From Vulcanimicrobiota bacterium (GTDB lineage Bacteria > Vulcanimicrobiota > Vulcanimicrobiia > Vulcanimicrobiales > Vulcanimicrobiaceae), in the NCBI GenBank assembly GCA_963777315.1, contig CAVZQC010000004.1, forward strand, positions 704,001-768,000: a stretch of 64,000 nucleotides of DNA. The letters run 5' to 3'. This document shows, piece after piece, positions 46,904 to 57,025 of the stretch. The notes beneath the pieces are model-generated. The model worked only from the letters and a program-made list of their open reading frames with translations, ran no database searches and was not told the DNA's origin. Every line of letters starts with the position of its first letter. The first letter of the stretch is position 1. The position numbers and the translations under genes were made by a program.

Positions 46904-48341
46904 AATACGCGTTGACCTTGGCGGGTTCTCCGCACGCTACGCAGGCCGCACCGGCTTGCTCGAGCGCGCGAAGGGTGCGGGTCGTCGCACCGGTTGCGGC
47001 CTTGACCTGCGCTTCGCAGGCCGGACGATCGCACCACGGTATATCGATCATCCCGGCGCGCGAACTGCATTTGTCCAAAAATTCACCGCGTTCACTCACC
47101 GCGAACGTGTGGGAACGCAAGAACGCATCGGCCTGCGCGTACAGCGCGCCGTGCACTTCCGCGAGCGTTTCGCGCAGCACGCGCTCGAGAGCATCGAAGG
47201 AAACCGCCGTTTTCGCGCCGCTTTCGCCCTTGGCTTTGTCGCGGCGCACGACCATAGCGCTGCCGCTAAGCAGATCGCGCGGACCGATCTCGATGCGCAC
47301 CGGAACGCCGCGCATTTCCCATTCGGCGTATTTCCATCCCGGCGTCTGTTCGCGGGTGTCGACGCGCACCCGAAAGCCCGCGGCGCGCAGTTCGCGCGCC
47401 AGTTCCTGCGATTTGTCGATTGCAGCGGTGTCCGAGCCGGTGACGATCGGCACGAAGACGGCCTCGACGGGCGCGAGTTTGGGCGGAAGGCGCAGCCCGC
47501 GGTCGTCGCCGTGCACCAGAATCGCGGCTCCGAGCATGCGCCACGACATTCCCCACGACGTCGTGTAAACGTGTTTGATCTCCCGGTCCGCGTCGGCGAA
47601 CGTGATGTCGTACGCTTTGCTGAAATTTTGCCCGAGGTCGTGCGACGTAGCGGACTGAAGCGCTTTGCCGTCGGGCATGAGGGCCTCGATCGAAAAGGTT
47701 TCAACTGCGCCGGGAAACCGTTCGCTCGCGCTCTTGATGCCGGCGTACACCGGCACGGCAGCGACGTTTTCCGCGAAATCCTTATAGACGCCCAGCATCT
47801 GCAGCGTTTCTTCGCGAGCCTGCGCGGCGGAGGCATGCGCGGTGTGCCCCTCTTGCCACAAAAATTCCATCGTGCGCAGAAACGGGCGCGTGGCCTTCTC
47901 CCAGCGCACGACGTTGGCCCATTGGTTGATGAGGATCGGCAGGTCGCGATAGGATTGAATCCATTTTGCGTACATCACGCCGATCATCGCTTCGGAGGTA
48001 GGGCGAACTGCGAGGCGCTCTTCGAGCGTTTCTTTACCGCCCTGCGTCACCCACGCAACTTCGGGGACGAACCCTTCGACGTGCGCGGCCTCGCGCACGA
48101 GCAGACTCTCGGGAATGAACAGCGGGAAGTACGCATTTTCATGGCCCGTGGCCTTGAACCGCTCGTCCAAATGCTTTTGCAGATTCTCCCACATGCCGTA
48201 ACCGTGCGGGCGCAGCACGACGCATCCTCGCACCGGCGAATAGGAAACGAGCTCGGCTTTGAGGCAGACCGCCGTATACCAGGCGGAGAGATCGGTCGCT
48301 TTGGAGGGAACTTCTTTTACGAGCCCGTCGGAATCGGACAT
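46887..48341 (-). CDS. proS: Proline--tRNA ligase, archaeal/eukaryote-like type
   Basis: LAVRPTSE, NQWANVVRWE, FLWQEGHTAH, QSATSHDLGQNF; C-terminal Zn-binding Cys motifs ending AQSY. Confidence 0.95.
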   Translation of the reverse strand: MSDSDGLVKEVPSKATDLSAWYTAVCLKAELVSYSPVRGCVVLRPHGYGMWENLQKHLDERFKATGHENAYFPLFIPESLLVREAAHVEGFVPEVAWVTQGGKETLEERLAVRPTSEAMIGVMYAKWIQSYRDLPILINQWANVVRWEKATRPFLRTMEFLWQEGHTAHASAAQAREETLQMLGVYKDFAENVAAVPVYAGIKSASERFPGAVETFSIEALMPDGKALQSATSHDLGQNFSKAYDITFADADREIKHVYTTSWGMSWRMLGAAILVHGDDRGLRLPPKLAPVEAVFVPIVTGSDTAAIDKSQELARELRAAGFRVRVDTREQTPGWKYAEWEMRGVPVRIEIGPRDLLSGSAMVVRRDKAKGESGAKTAVSFDALERVLRETLAEVHGALYAQADAFLRSHTFAVSERGEFLDKCSSRAGMIDIPWCDRPACEAQVKAATGATTRTLRALEQAGAACVACGEPAKVNAYFAQSY

Positions 48342-48417
48342 GACCGGCCCCGGATTCGCAGAAACAAGTGCGCCGCCCTTTGATGGGGCGGCCTGCGCGC
48401 GCGTCGAACGGCACTGC

Positions 48418-49026
48418 ATGCCGAAACTTACCCGCATCTACACGCGCACCGGCGACGATGGTACGACCGGTTTGGTCGGCGGTGGTCGCGTGAAGAAAGA
48501 CGACCTTCGCATCGAAGCCTACGGCACTGTGGACGAACTCTCGAGCTTCATCGGCGTGGCTCGAAGCCATTTGGCAACTCGTCTCGAGGCCCACGCAGAC
48601 GTACGGCGTTTGGATGCGTGGCTGGCGTGGACGCAGGACGTGCTGTTGAATTTGGGCGCGCAGCTGGCCACGCCGCTCGACAAACGCCGGGAGGGCATGC
48701 CGCTGGTAACCGCCGGCGACGCCAAGGCGCTCGAGCGCGCGATCGACCGCGCGCAAACCGATCTCGAGCCGCTCGCGAATTTCATCCATGCCGGCGGAAC
48801 GCCGGCGGGTTCGTTTCTGCACGTCGCGCGCACGGTGTGCCGCCGCGCGGAACGGCGACTCGTTTCGCTGCGGCAAATCGATACCGATGTTTCGGCGGAG
48901 TGCGTGCGCTACGTCAACCGCTTATCGGATGCGTTGTTCGTTTGGGCTCGCTGGATCAATCACCGGTGGGACGCTCCGGAGCATCTTTGGAATCCTCGGA
49001 CGCAGCCGCCGGTCGAATCGCAATAG
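48418..49026 (+). CDS. pduO: PduO-type ATP:cob(I)alamin adenosyltransferase
   Basis: IYTRTGDDGTTGL, AYGTVDELSS, HVARTVCRRAER, YVNRLSD. Confidence 0.92.
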   Translation: MPKLTRIYTRTGDDGTTGLVGGGRVKKDDLRIEAYGTVDELSSFIGVARSHLATRLEAHADVRRLDAWLAWTQDVLLNLGAQLATPLDKRREGMPLVTAGDAKALERAIDRAQTDLEPLANFIHAGGTPAGSFLHVARTVCRRAERRLVSLRQIDTDVSAECVRYVNRLSDALFVWARWINHRWDAPEHLWNPRTQPPVESQ

Positions 49027-49552
49027 CACCGCGCGCGATTCCGTATCGTAGGAGCGCGGCTACCGTAACGGCATCGCCGATTCGCGCCGATGCCGCGGCA
49101 CTTATGGCGATCGCTTCAGGCACTCGGACGAGTTCGATCGTTTCGACCGGCTCGGGCGCGGCGTCGACGTGCTCGATTCCGTGCGCCCAGAACAGCTCGA
49201 TCGGAGCGTTCATGATCGACGGTATCTCGTACAAGGCCCCCAGCGGCTCCCAATGTGAAGCGACGACGCCCAGTTCTTCACGCGTTTCCCGCTGCGCGCA
49301 TTCCAGCGGCGTTTCATCCGGTTCCGCGCCGCCTTTGACGATCTCCACCACCTCGGTTTGAGCTCCGAACCGCGGCTGGCGGCAAAACAACAGATCGCCG
49401 CCGTCGCTTACGACGACTGCCGAACTCGCAGGCGTGACGATGAGAACGTGCTCGCCGCGCACGCCGCTGGGATGAAGTATCGAATGCGCCTCGACGCATA
49501 CATACGGATTGCGGTAGATTTCGCGCGATTGCAGGCGCCGGTAAGCGTTCAT
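48956..49552 (-). CDS. Nudix hydrolase (ADP-ribose pyrophosphatase-like)
   Basis: Nudix box GGAEPDETPLECAQRETREELG. Confidence 0.88.
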   Translation of the reverse strand: MNAYRRLQSREIYRNPYVCVEAHSILHPSGVRGEHVLIVTPASSAVVVSDGGDLLFCRQPRFGAQTEVVEIVKGGAEPDETPLECAQRETREELGVVASHWEPLGALYEIPSIMNAPIELFWAHGIEHVDAAPEPVETIELVRVPEAIAISAAASARIGDAVTVAALLRYGIARGAIAIRPAAASEDSKDAPERPTGD

Positions 49553-49603
49553 CGCGCGATGTTCTTGTAGGGCGCAGCCCGCTCTTTTGCGAACCGGGCG
49601 GGA

Positions 49604-51109
49604 ATGTCTTTAGCCGCCCGCTTGTTTGCTACGACCAACATCGAGAAGCTGCGCGCTCTTTCGCGACAGAGGATTCTGCGGCGCGCGCTGACCGGCAAGG
49701 ACCTGATCGCAATCGGACTGGGCACGATGATCGGCGGGGGCATTTTTACGACGATCGGCCCGGGCATTGCCATGGCCGGTCCCGCCATCATCATCTCGTA
49801 TCTGATCGCGGGCGCGGCTTCGTTGTTTGCCGCGCTCTCCTACGCGGAGCTCGGGTCGATGGTGCCGATCGCGGGCTCGGCGTACACCTATTCGTATGCG
49901 ACCTTGGGCAAATTGGTCGCATGGATCATCGGTTTCGCACTGCTGTTCGAATACGGCATCAGCGCAGCCCCCGTCGCCCAGCAATTCTCCGGGGCGATTC
50001 AAGCGGTCCTCAAAGACTTCAGCCTGAGCCTGCCTCATTGGGCGCAGACTTCCGCGCTGACCATTTCGGGGTCGTGGTGGATTCCTTCGCACTGGGATTT
50101 CCTGCATTCGCAGTACGATATCGTCGGCGCGATCTTCGTGCTTCTCCTCTCGGCGGTGCTGTCTATCGGCATTCGCGAAACGGCAACGACCAACAACGTC
50201 TTCGTCGTTCTGAAGATCGGCGCGCTGTTCGTGTTCATCATCTTCGGATCGACGCTGTTCCATCCCGCGTACCTGCACGATTTTGCGCCCAAAGGCTGGG
50301 GCCATCTCTCCCCGTTCTCGGGCGGCGGCGGGTTCGGCATTATCCCCGGCGCCGCTCTGGTGTTCTTCAGCTACATCGGATTCGACACGGCCACTACGAC
50401 CGCCGAAGAAACGAAGAACCCGGCGCGCGACGTGCCCGTGGGCGTCATCGGAGCGCTGGCCATCGGCACGCTGCTCTACTGCGCGACGGCGATCGTGCTC
50501 GTGGGCGACGTACCGTGGCAAAAAGTCGATCAGAACGCAGCTCTTCAGGCGGCGCTGGCGCCGCTGCACAATTGGTTTGCGAATATCGCCATAACGGTCG
50601 GCGTCCTGGCCGGAACGACGTCGGTGGCGCTGGCCTCGCTGCTGGGACAAACCCGGATCTTTTACGTCATGGCGCGCGACGGCATGCTGCCCCCGTTCGT
50701 GGCGCGCGTGCATCCGCGGTTCAAAACGCCGGTGCTGATGACGATGATCACCGGATGCGCGGTCGCCGTTCTCACGCTGATCGTTCCGCTGACGCAGCTG
50801 CTCAACTTGGTGAACATCGGAACGCTGCTGGCCTTCATCGTCGTCTGCGCGGGCGTCATTTTTCTGCGCTACAAGCGCCCGGATATCCCGCGCTCGTTTC
50901 GCTCGCCGTTCGTGCCGGTATTTCCCGCGCTGGGCATCGCGTTCTCGGCCTTTTTGGCGGTCTTCGGGCTTTCCCGCGAAACGTGGATCTGGTTCGTGGG
51001 CGCGCTCATAGTGGGGCTGATCATCTTCTTCTCGTACGGTTTCCGTAAGTCCGATCCGGAAAAAATCGAACCCGTCGCAGAACCCGAAGGGCTGCAGGAA
51101 TTCGTTTGA
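49604..51109 (+). CDS. APC family amino acid permease
   Basis: GTMIGGGIF, YAELGSMVPIAGSAYTY, FFSYIGFD, EETKNP, MARDGMLP. Confidence 0.93.
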   Translation: MSLAARLFATTNIEKLRALSRQRILRRALTGKDLIAIGLGTMIGGGIFTTIGPGIAMAGPAIIISYLIAGAASLFAALSYAELGSMVPIAGSAYTYSYATLGKLVAWIIGFALLFEYGISAAPVAQQFSGAIQAVLKDFSLSLPHWAQTSALTISGSWWIPSHWDFLHSQYDIVGAIFVLLLSAVLSIGIRETATTNNVFVVLKIGALFVFIIFGSTLFHPAYLHDFAPKGWGHLSPFSGGGGFGIIPGAALVFFSYIGFDTATTTAEETKNPARDVPVGVIGALAIGTLLYCATAIVLVGDVPWQKVDQNAALQAALAPLHNWFANIAITVGVLAGTTSVALASLLGQTRIFYVMARDGMLPPFVARVHPRFKTPVLMTMITGCAVAVLTLIVPLTQLLNLVNIGTLLAFIVVCAGVIFLRYKRPDIPRSFRSPFVPVFPALGIAFSAFLAVFGLSRETWIWFVGALIVGLIIFFSYGFRKSDPEKIEPVAEPEGLQEFV

Positions 51110-51138
51110 CGCTACCGGCGACGGGTAAACAAGCATCC

Positions 51139-51486
51139 ATGGCAGCACGAAAAAAAAGCGGCGCAAGCAAAGCCGCAAAAAAATCCAAACCCGCAGCCGG
51201 CGCCCGTAAGTCGACGCGCAAAGCGCCGGCCAAATCGCCCAAGCGCGCAGCAGCCTCCGCCGCCGGCGCGGTGAAGAAGACGGCCAAAGCCGCGGCAAAG
51301 GGTACGAAAAAAGCCGCCAAAAAGGCTCCCGATACCGCTCGCACCATTGCCGACACGATGATGACGACCGGTAAAGCGCTGCAGACCGGAGCGGCCATCG
51401 TCGAAGGCGTCGCGCAGCACATCGAATCGCTGCCCAGCATGCAGAAAAAGCCGCGCGGCGCAAGCCGGCCCCGTTCTCGAACCTAA
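51139..51486 (+). CDS. Lys/Ala-rich histone H1-like basic protein
   Basis: AARKKSGASKAAKKSKPAA...KKAAKKAP low-complexity basic N-terminus. Confidence 0.65.
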   Translation: MAARKKSGASKAAKKSKPAAGARKSTRKAPAKSPKRAAASAAGAVKKTAKAAAKGTKKAAKKAPDTARTIADTMMTTGKALQTGAAIVEGVAQHIESLPSMQKKPRGASRPRSRT

Positions 51487-51509
51487 CCCCGCGCCGAAGC
51501 GCTAAGCAG

Positions 51510-51989
51510 CTACTGCGTTTGGAATTGGGCGCCGTCCGAGGCGCTGCCGGGCGTGTCGACGTCCACGCGAGCGGTCATCTTGTCGAATTTCACCCGGACG
51601 CCGAAGAGTTGCTGCACCGCGCGCAAGCTGACCATGACGCGCCCGCGCACGCGAAAAGGCGGATGGTGCAGCGTCATCGGCATGCCGTTGAGTTTGGCAT
51701 GCGTCGAACCGGCTTTGAGGTGCAGCACTTGATCGCCGCGAGTGACGACCACGTCGCCCGACGCGCGCTCGTACCGCGTATCGGCGCCCAGCGCATCGCC
51801 GACCGAGCGCAGCGGCACGAACACGCCGTCGCGCATGGATGAAACGGGCGGAACGTCGCTGATCAGCGGCTGACCGTCGACCCGGACGTCGACCGGTTTT
51901 GAAAACACCAACGTCAGCGAAGCGCCCAGCGCCAGGCACGCCGTGACCGCGAGCACCGTCTTAGACGGCGGCCGATATCTCATGCGCAT
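51510..51989 (-). CDS. Copper amine oxidase N-terminal (stalk) domain protein
   Basis: VRVDGQPLISDVPP, FVPLRSVGDALGA, GRVMVSLR. Confidence 0.8.
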   Translation of the reverse strand: MRMRYRPPSKTVLAVTACLALGASLTLVFSKPVDVRVDGQPLISDVPPVSSMRDGVFVPLRSVGDALGADTRYERASGDVVVTRGDQVLHLKAGSTHAKLNGMPMTLHHPPFRVRGRVMVSLRAVQQLFGVRVKFDKMTARVDVDTPGSASDGAQFQTQ

Positions 51990-53106
51990 AGTCCGGGTAT
52001 TTTTCCGCAATCACTTTTTCTATCTCCAGGCGCAGCGCTCCGAGCAGCTGATCCTCCGGAAAGGTTCCGACGAGCTCGCCGGCCCGGTAGATAGCGCCCT
52101 TGCCTTTGCCGCCGGCCACGCCGACGTCGGCCATTTTCGATTCGCCCGGACCGTTGACCACGCAGCCCATGACCGCAACTTTTACCGGCGCGGTATACTC
52201 TTTGGCGATCGCTTCGACGCTGCGCCCCAGTTCGAGCACGCTGATCTCCGCGCGCCCGCACGACGGGCAGGCCGTGATTTCAAAGCCTTTTTCCCGCAAG
52301 CCGAGCGCCTTGAGCATGCTCCAGCACACCGGCACCTCTTCGATCGGGTCGGCGGCGAGCGAAACGCGAATCGTATCGCCGATTCCTTCGAAGAGCAAAA
52401 TGCCAAGGCCGATGGACGATTTCACCGTGCCGTCGCGCAGCATGCCGGCTTCGGTGATGCCTAAGTGCAGCGGATACGGCGTACTGCGTTCGCGCAGCCG
52501 CTTGTCCATCAGGCGATATGCGTGCACCGTCGTGGTGACGTCGTGGGCTTTGAGCGAAATGACGATGTCGGTGTGAGCCAGGCTTTCGAGTATCTCGACG
52601 TGGCGCATCGCCGATTCGACCATCGCCTGCGCAGTATGGCCCAAGGTTTTCTCGAGATCCGGCGCGAGCGATCCCATGTTGACGCCGATGCGGATGGGGA
52701 TGCCTTTGGCTTTGGCGGCTTCAACGACTTCGGCCGTCTTTTTCGGATCGCGGATGTTGCCCGGATTCAAGCGCAATTTCGCCACGCCGGCATCGATCGC
52801 GGCCAGCGCCATGCGGTGATCGAAGTGAATGTCCGCCACGATGGGAACCGGAGAGCGGTGCACGATGGCCGGCATGGCGGCGGCGTCGGGCGGATCCTTC
52901 ACCGTCACGCGCACGACCTCGGCGCCTTCCATGGCTAAACCGTAGACTTGCTCGAGCGTAGCGTCGGCGTCGGCAGTATCCGTCGTGGTCATCGTCTGCA
53001 CGACGATTGGATGGTCGCCGCCGATCCACACGCCCTTCGCGTCGGCTTTTCCGGTCTTGTTCTGCAGAAACACCGGCTTACTTTGCCTGCGCAGCCGAAT
53101 CGACAC
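51961..53106 (-). CDS. ispG: (E)-4-hydroxy-3-methylbut-2-enyl-diphosphate synthase
   Basis: VADIHF, RLNPGN, PLHLGITEAG, GIGDTIRVSL, CPSCGR, MGCVVNGPGE. Confidence 0.96.
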   Translation of the reverse strand: MSIRLRRQSKPVFLQNKTGKADAKGVWIGGDHPIVVQTMTTTDTADADATLEQVYGLAMEGAEVVRVTVKDPPDAAAMPAIVHRSPVPIVADIHFDHRMALAAIDAGVAKLRLNPGNIRDPKKTAEVVEAAKAKGIPIRIGVNMGSLAPDLEKTLGHTAQAMVESAMRHVEILESLAHTDIVISLKAHDVTTTVHAYRLMDKRLRERSTPYPLHLGITEAGMLRDGTVKSSIGLGILLFEGIGDTIRVSLAADPIEEVPVCWSMLKALGLREKGFEITACPSCGRAEISVLELGRSVEAIAKEYTAPVKVAVMGCVVNGPGESKMADVGVAGGKGKGAIYRAGELVGTFPEDQLLGALRLEIEKVIAEKYPDYAHEISAAV

Positions 53107-53139
53107 TAGCGTCGGCTCCCTGAAGTTGGGGACGCCACT

Positions 53140-54288
53140 TTAGAACGGTCCTTTCCCTTGGACGATTTGGACGACGTTGTAAAAATTGATCACCAGCATG
53201 AGCGCAATGAGAACCGCAAAACCCGTAATGTGCACCCAGGCTTCTTTCTCGGGATCCACGGGTTTCCCGCGTACGAGCTCGCCGATGATGAACGCGGCTC
53301 GGCCGCCGTCGAGTGCGGGCAGCGGCAGCAAGTTGAAGACGCCCAGCGCAAACGAAATCAGCGAAGCGAAGAACAGGTACGGGCCCCAGCCGAAATCTTG
53401 AATCGTCATCGCGGCCTGTCCCATGCCCACCACCCCGGAAACCTGGCTGCCGTATTTGGCGGGATGGCTGGCGAGCAGCGCCAGACTGCCGAACGTCTGC
53501 GCTCCCACGAACTCGAATTGCGCGACGGATTCACGCACCGCGCGAACGAGTCCCACGTGCTCGTATGCAGCGACGGGCTGAAAGCCGATGCAGCCCATTT
53601 CGTGCTGCGGCGCAGGACAATTCACCGGCGTCACGGTGACCGTGCCGCGCTGGCCGTCGCGCGCGTACGTCAACCGCAACGGCCGGTGCAGCGCATCGTG
53701 AATGAGCGTGACGAGCTGGTTGCCGCTGCGGATCGCAACGCCATCGACGCTGACGATCTTGTCACCCGCATGCAGACCCACGCGCTGCGCGGGCATGCCC
53801 GGCGAGAGCAGGCCCACTCGCGGCTGCACGTTGCTGCTCTGCACGCCGAATGCGAGCGCTCCGGCAAAAAGAATGGCGAAGGTGAGAATGAAGTTGGCGA
53901 TCGGCCCGGCCAAAACGATGGCCAGGCGCCGCCAGGGATTTTTTGCCTGGAAATTGTCGTCGTCGTACTCACGCCCGTTGACGGTGACCGTTTGACGAAA
54001 TTCTCGCTGCTGCTCGGCCTGCGAGGCTTTGTTGTCCTCGCCGTGCATGGCGCAGTAGCCCCCGATGGGCAGCGCGCGAAGCGAATACATCGTTCCGCTG
54101 CGTTTGCTGCGCCGGCCGTAGAGCAGCGGTCCCATCCCGACCGAGAATTCGAGCACGCGCACGTTGTTCAGGCGCGCGATCAGAAAGTGGCCGTACTCGT
54201 GCAGCACCACCAGGATGGAAAGCACGACCACGAACAGCACGATTTTGGCGATGCTCGCCAGTGTGATTGCCGCCAGAACGATAGCCAC
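53140..54288 (-). CDS. rseP: RIP metalloprotease RseP (M50, PDZ)
   Basis: HEYGH, AGPIANF, PDZ domain, NLLPLPALDGG. Confidence 0.94.
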   Translation of the reverse strand: MAIVLAAITLASIAKIVLFVVVLSILVVLHEYGHFLIARLNNVRVLEFSVGMGPLLYGRRSKRSGTMYSLRALPIGGYCAMHGEDNKASQAEQQREFRQTVTVNGREYDDDNFQAKNPWRRLAIVLAGPIANFILTFAILFAGALAFGVQSSNVQPRVGLLSPGMPAQRVGLHAGDKIVSVDGVAIRSGNQLVTLIHDALHRPLRLTYARDGQRGTVTVTPVNCPAPQHEMGCIGFQPVAAYEHVGLVRAVRESVAQFEFVGAQTFGSLALLASHPAKYGSQVSGVVGMGQAAMTIQDFGWGPYLFFASLISFALGVFNLLPLPALDGGRAAFIIGELVRGKPVDPEKEAWVHITGFAVLIALMLVINFYNVVQIVQGKGPF

Positions 54289-55437
54289 TTATACCTCGAC
54301 ACGCGGGGCGAGCGCCGCAACGGCCGCTCGCGCGTTTTCGCGCGCAGATGCATCCGCGCGCCGTACGCCCTCTAAACTCAATGTTTCGGCATTCTCGCAA
54401 GCCATTACGCGTTCGACGACCTGCGCGATCTGTCCAAAACGGATCTTCCCTTCTACAAACGCCGCCACGGCGATTTCGTTTGCCGCCGAAAGAACCGCCG
54501 GCGCCGTCCCGCCCGCGGCGAGAGCCCGATAGGCCAGGCGCACGCAGGGAAACCGGTCGTCGTCGGGGGGTTCGAAATCATAACGCACGGCGCCGGCGCC
54601 GGGATGCGCGCCGACGGCGGATAACGGCCCTGCATCCGTCGCGGGCCCATCGCACAAGCGCTCGGGGTAGGCCAAGGCGTAGCCTATCGGCAGCCGCATG
54701 TCGGGAGCGGCCGCCTGCATCTTGACGCTGCCGTCGCTGAAAACCACCATGCCGTGGGCGATCGACTGCGGGTGGACCAAAATTTGGATCCGCTCGCCGG
54801 GCAGGCCGAAGAGCCGGCCGGCTTCGATAGCCTCCAAGCCCTTGTTCATCATCGTTGCCGAGTCCACGGTATTCTTTATGCCCATGCGCCAGGTCGGGTG
54901 CGCCAGGGCCGCCTCCAAAGTGGCGTCCTGCATTTCGGCCGCGGTTTTGCGCCAGAACGGACCGCCGGATGCGGTGAGTATGACGGAATGCACGCCGCGG
55001 CGATCCTCTCCGACCAGGCATTGAAAGACGGCCGAATGTTCGGAATCGACGGGGAGAATGTGCGACCCGCTTCGCGCTGCGGCGCGCACGAGCAGCTCCC
55101 CTGCGGCCACGATGAGCTCTTTATTGGCCACGGCGATATGGATGCCGCGTTCGACCGCGGCAAAGACCGCATCGAACGAAACGAAGCCGTCCGTGGCGGC
55201 AAGGACGAGGTCGGGATCGCACTCGACCGCGACGCGATGCAGACCTGCTGCGCCGTCGCGTGCATCCGCAATGCAGCCGACGCCGAACTCGGCTGCCTGA
55301 GCTCGCAGTTTGTCGATCTGTTTTCCGGCCGCAAGCGCGACGACCTCGAAGCGATCGGAATGGCGGCCAATCACGTCCAGGGCCTGCGTTCCGATGGATC
55401 CGGTGCTGCCTAAAACGGCAATCCGTTTTTTACGCAA
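54289..55437 (-). CDS. dxr: 1-deoxy-D-xylulose-5-phosphate reductoisomerase
   Basis: LGSTGSIG, ANKE, LPVDSEH, TASGGPF, HPTWRMG, NKGLE. Confidence 0.96.
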   Translation of the reverse strand: MRKKRIAVLGSTGSIGTQALDVIGRHSDRFEVVALAAGKQIDKLRAQAAEFGVGCIADARDGAAGLHRVAVECDPDLVLAATDGFVSFDAVFAAVERGIHIAVANKELIVAAGELLVRAAARSGSHILPVDSEHSAVFQCLVGEDRRGVHSVILTASGGPFWRKTAAEMQDATLEAALAHPTWRMGIKNTVDSATMMNKGLEAIEAGRLFGLPGERIQILVHPQSIAHGMVVFSDGSVKMQAAAPDMRLPIGYALAYPERLCDGPATDAGPLSAVGAHPGAGAVRYDFEPPDDDRFPCVRLAYRALAAGGTAPAVLSAANEIAVAAFVEGKIRFGQIAQVVERVMACENAETLSLEGVRRADASARENARAAVAALAPRVEV

Positions 55438-56278
55438 AGGCGAGCAGCCCCAGCACGTGCAGCGCTCCGAAGAACGCCATGCCGCCGAAAAGATAGGAAT
55501 CGAAGCGGTCCAGCGCGCCTCCGTGTCCTTGAATCACCGTGCCGGTGTCCTTTACGCCGGCATCGCGTTTGAGCGCAGATTCGACGAGATCCCCGGCCTG
55601 CGCCGCAATGCACGTTGCCGCGCCCAAACCCGCGCCTTGCCACCATGCCATCTGCAGACCGGGCACGTACGCCAGCGCTGCGCCGACGGCGCCCACGACG
55701 ATCAGCGCGCCCAGAGAGCCCTCAACGGTCTTTTTGGGCGAAATTTTCGTCAGCTGATGCTTGCCGATCAGTGAACCCACCAGCATGGCGCTGATGTCGG
55801 TCAGCGCGATCAAGACGACGACGAGGATCGTCCAGTACGTTCCGCGCTGCGGAACCTCGCGGATGAACACGAAATAGGTGAGCAGCTTTCCAATATAGAG
55901 CACCGCGAGCAGAGTGTACGCCGTGCGGGCGAAATACCGTCGCCGGTCGCCGTACATGCCCAGCCAGAACGTCGCCAGCACGATGAACGCCAGCAGCACG
56001 CCTTCCCACTTGGACATCAGGTGAAAAATCGCCAGGAAAACGTAGGCGAGCATGCCGATGACCGCAACTTGAAACTCCATCGGCTGGCCTTTGATGTCGC
56101 AAAGGCGGGAAAGCTCGTACAGCATCAGCGTGCCGAGCACGATCAGCAGCGCGTAGAATGCGGGCGACCAAAAGATGCTCGCGATGCCGACCACGGCCAG
56201 GGCCATGCCTACCAGCACGCGCCGCGTCGACAAGAGCCGTCCGGCAGCCGCGGGGGCGGCCGGTGCGGACGCGGTCAC
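55430..56278 (-). CDS. cdsA: Phosphatidate cytidylyltransferase
   Basis: ISPKKTVEG, GDLVESALKRDAGVKD, GHGGALDRFDS. Confidence 0.95.
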   Translation of the reverse strand: MTASAPAAPAAAGRLLSTRRVLVGMALAVVGIASIFWSPAFYALLIVLGTLMLYELSRLCDIKGQPMEFQVAVIGMLAYVFLAIFHLMSKWEGVLLAFIVLATFWLGMYGDRRRYFARTAYTLLAVLYIGKLLTYFVFIREVPQRGTYWTILVVVLIALTDISAMLVGSLIGKHQLTKISPKKTVEGSLGALIVVGAVGAALAYVPGLQMAWWQGAGLGAATCIAAQAGDLVESALKRDAGVKDTGTVIQGHGGALDRFDSYLFGGMAFFGALHVLGLLAFA

Positions 56279-57021
56279 GCTCCCCCGAAGCGTCGCTGCC
56301 GTTTTTGAAATTCTATCAGCGCTCGTACGAACTCTTCCTTGCCGAACCGCGGCCAGTAGACGTCGGTCATCACGAGTTCCGTGTAGGCCAATTGGTACAG
56401 CAGGAAGTTAGACAAGCGATGCTCGCCGCCTGGTCTGATCAGCATATCGGGGTCCGGCAGTTGTCCGGTGTAGAGGTACGAGCCGATGACGCGCTCGTCG
56501 ATCGCTTCAGGCGACAGGCGGCCGCGCGCCACATCGTCCGCAATGGTTTTGACCGCCCGCTGCAGTTCCGCGCGAGCGCTGTAGTTGACCGCCAAGTTCA
56601 ACAAAAGACCGTCGTTGCGAGCGGTTCGGTCCATCAGATCTTCGAGCGCTTGGCGCGAAGCGGGCGGCAGCGCGCGATACGCGCCAAGTACGTTCACGCG
56701 CACGTTGTTGCGGCTCAGTTCGGCCAGCTCGTTTTGCGCGAAATACACGCACAAGTCGAGCAGCAGAGAGATCTCGGTGGTGTCGCGCCGCCAGTTTTCA
56801 GTGGAGAATCCGTACACCGTCAGGATCGAAACGCCCAAATCGCGGGCAGCGCGCGTCACCTCGCGCAGCGCGACCATGCCCCGCCGATGGCCTTCGATCG
56901 CCGGCAAGCCGTTGAGCTTGGCCCAGCGCCGGTTGCCGTCCATGATGATCGCCACGTGATGCGGCACGCGTGCGGCATCCAACTGATCGGCTAATTCGGG
57001 AAGAACGCCTGCAATCGTCAT
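56275..57021 (-). CDS. uppS: Undecaprenyl diphosphate synthase
   Basis: HVAIIMDGNRRWA, FSTENWRR, RLSNFLLYQLAYTE. Confidence 0.96.
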   Translation of the reverse strand: MTIAGVLPELADQLDAARVPHHVAIIMDGNRRWAKLNGLPAIEGHRRGMVALREVTRAARDLGVSILTVYGFSTENWRRDTTEISLLLDLCVYFAQNELAELSRNNVRVNVLGAYRALPPASRQALEDLMDRTARNDGLLLNLAVNYSARAELQRAVKTIADDVARGRLSPEAIDERVIGSYLYTGQLPDPDMLIRPGGEHRLSNFLLYQLAYTELVMTDVYWPRFGKEEFVRALIEFQKRQRRFGGA

Positions 57022-57025
57022 GGCG

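Noticed and set aside
49610..51463. 617-aa antisense ORF over the permease, and many similar long Arg/Ala-rich antisense ORFs across the window
   Set aside because: Typical high-GC shadow ORFs opposite well-supported genes, with no recognisable motifs.
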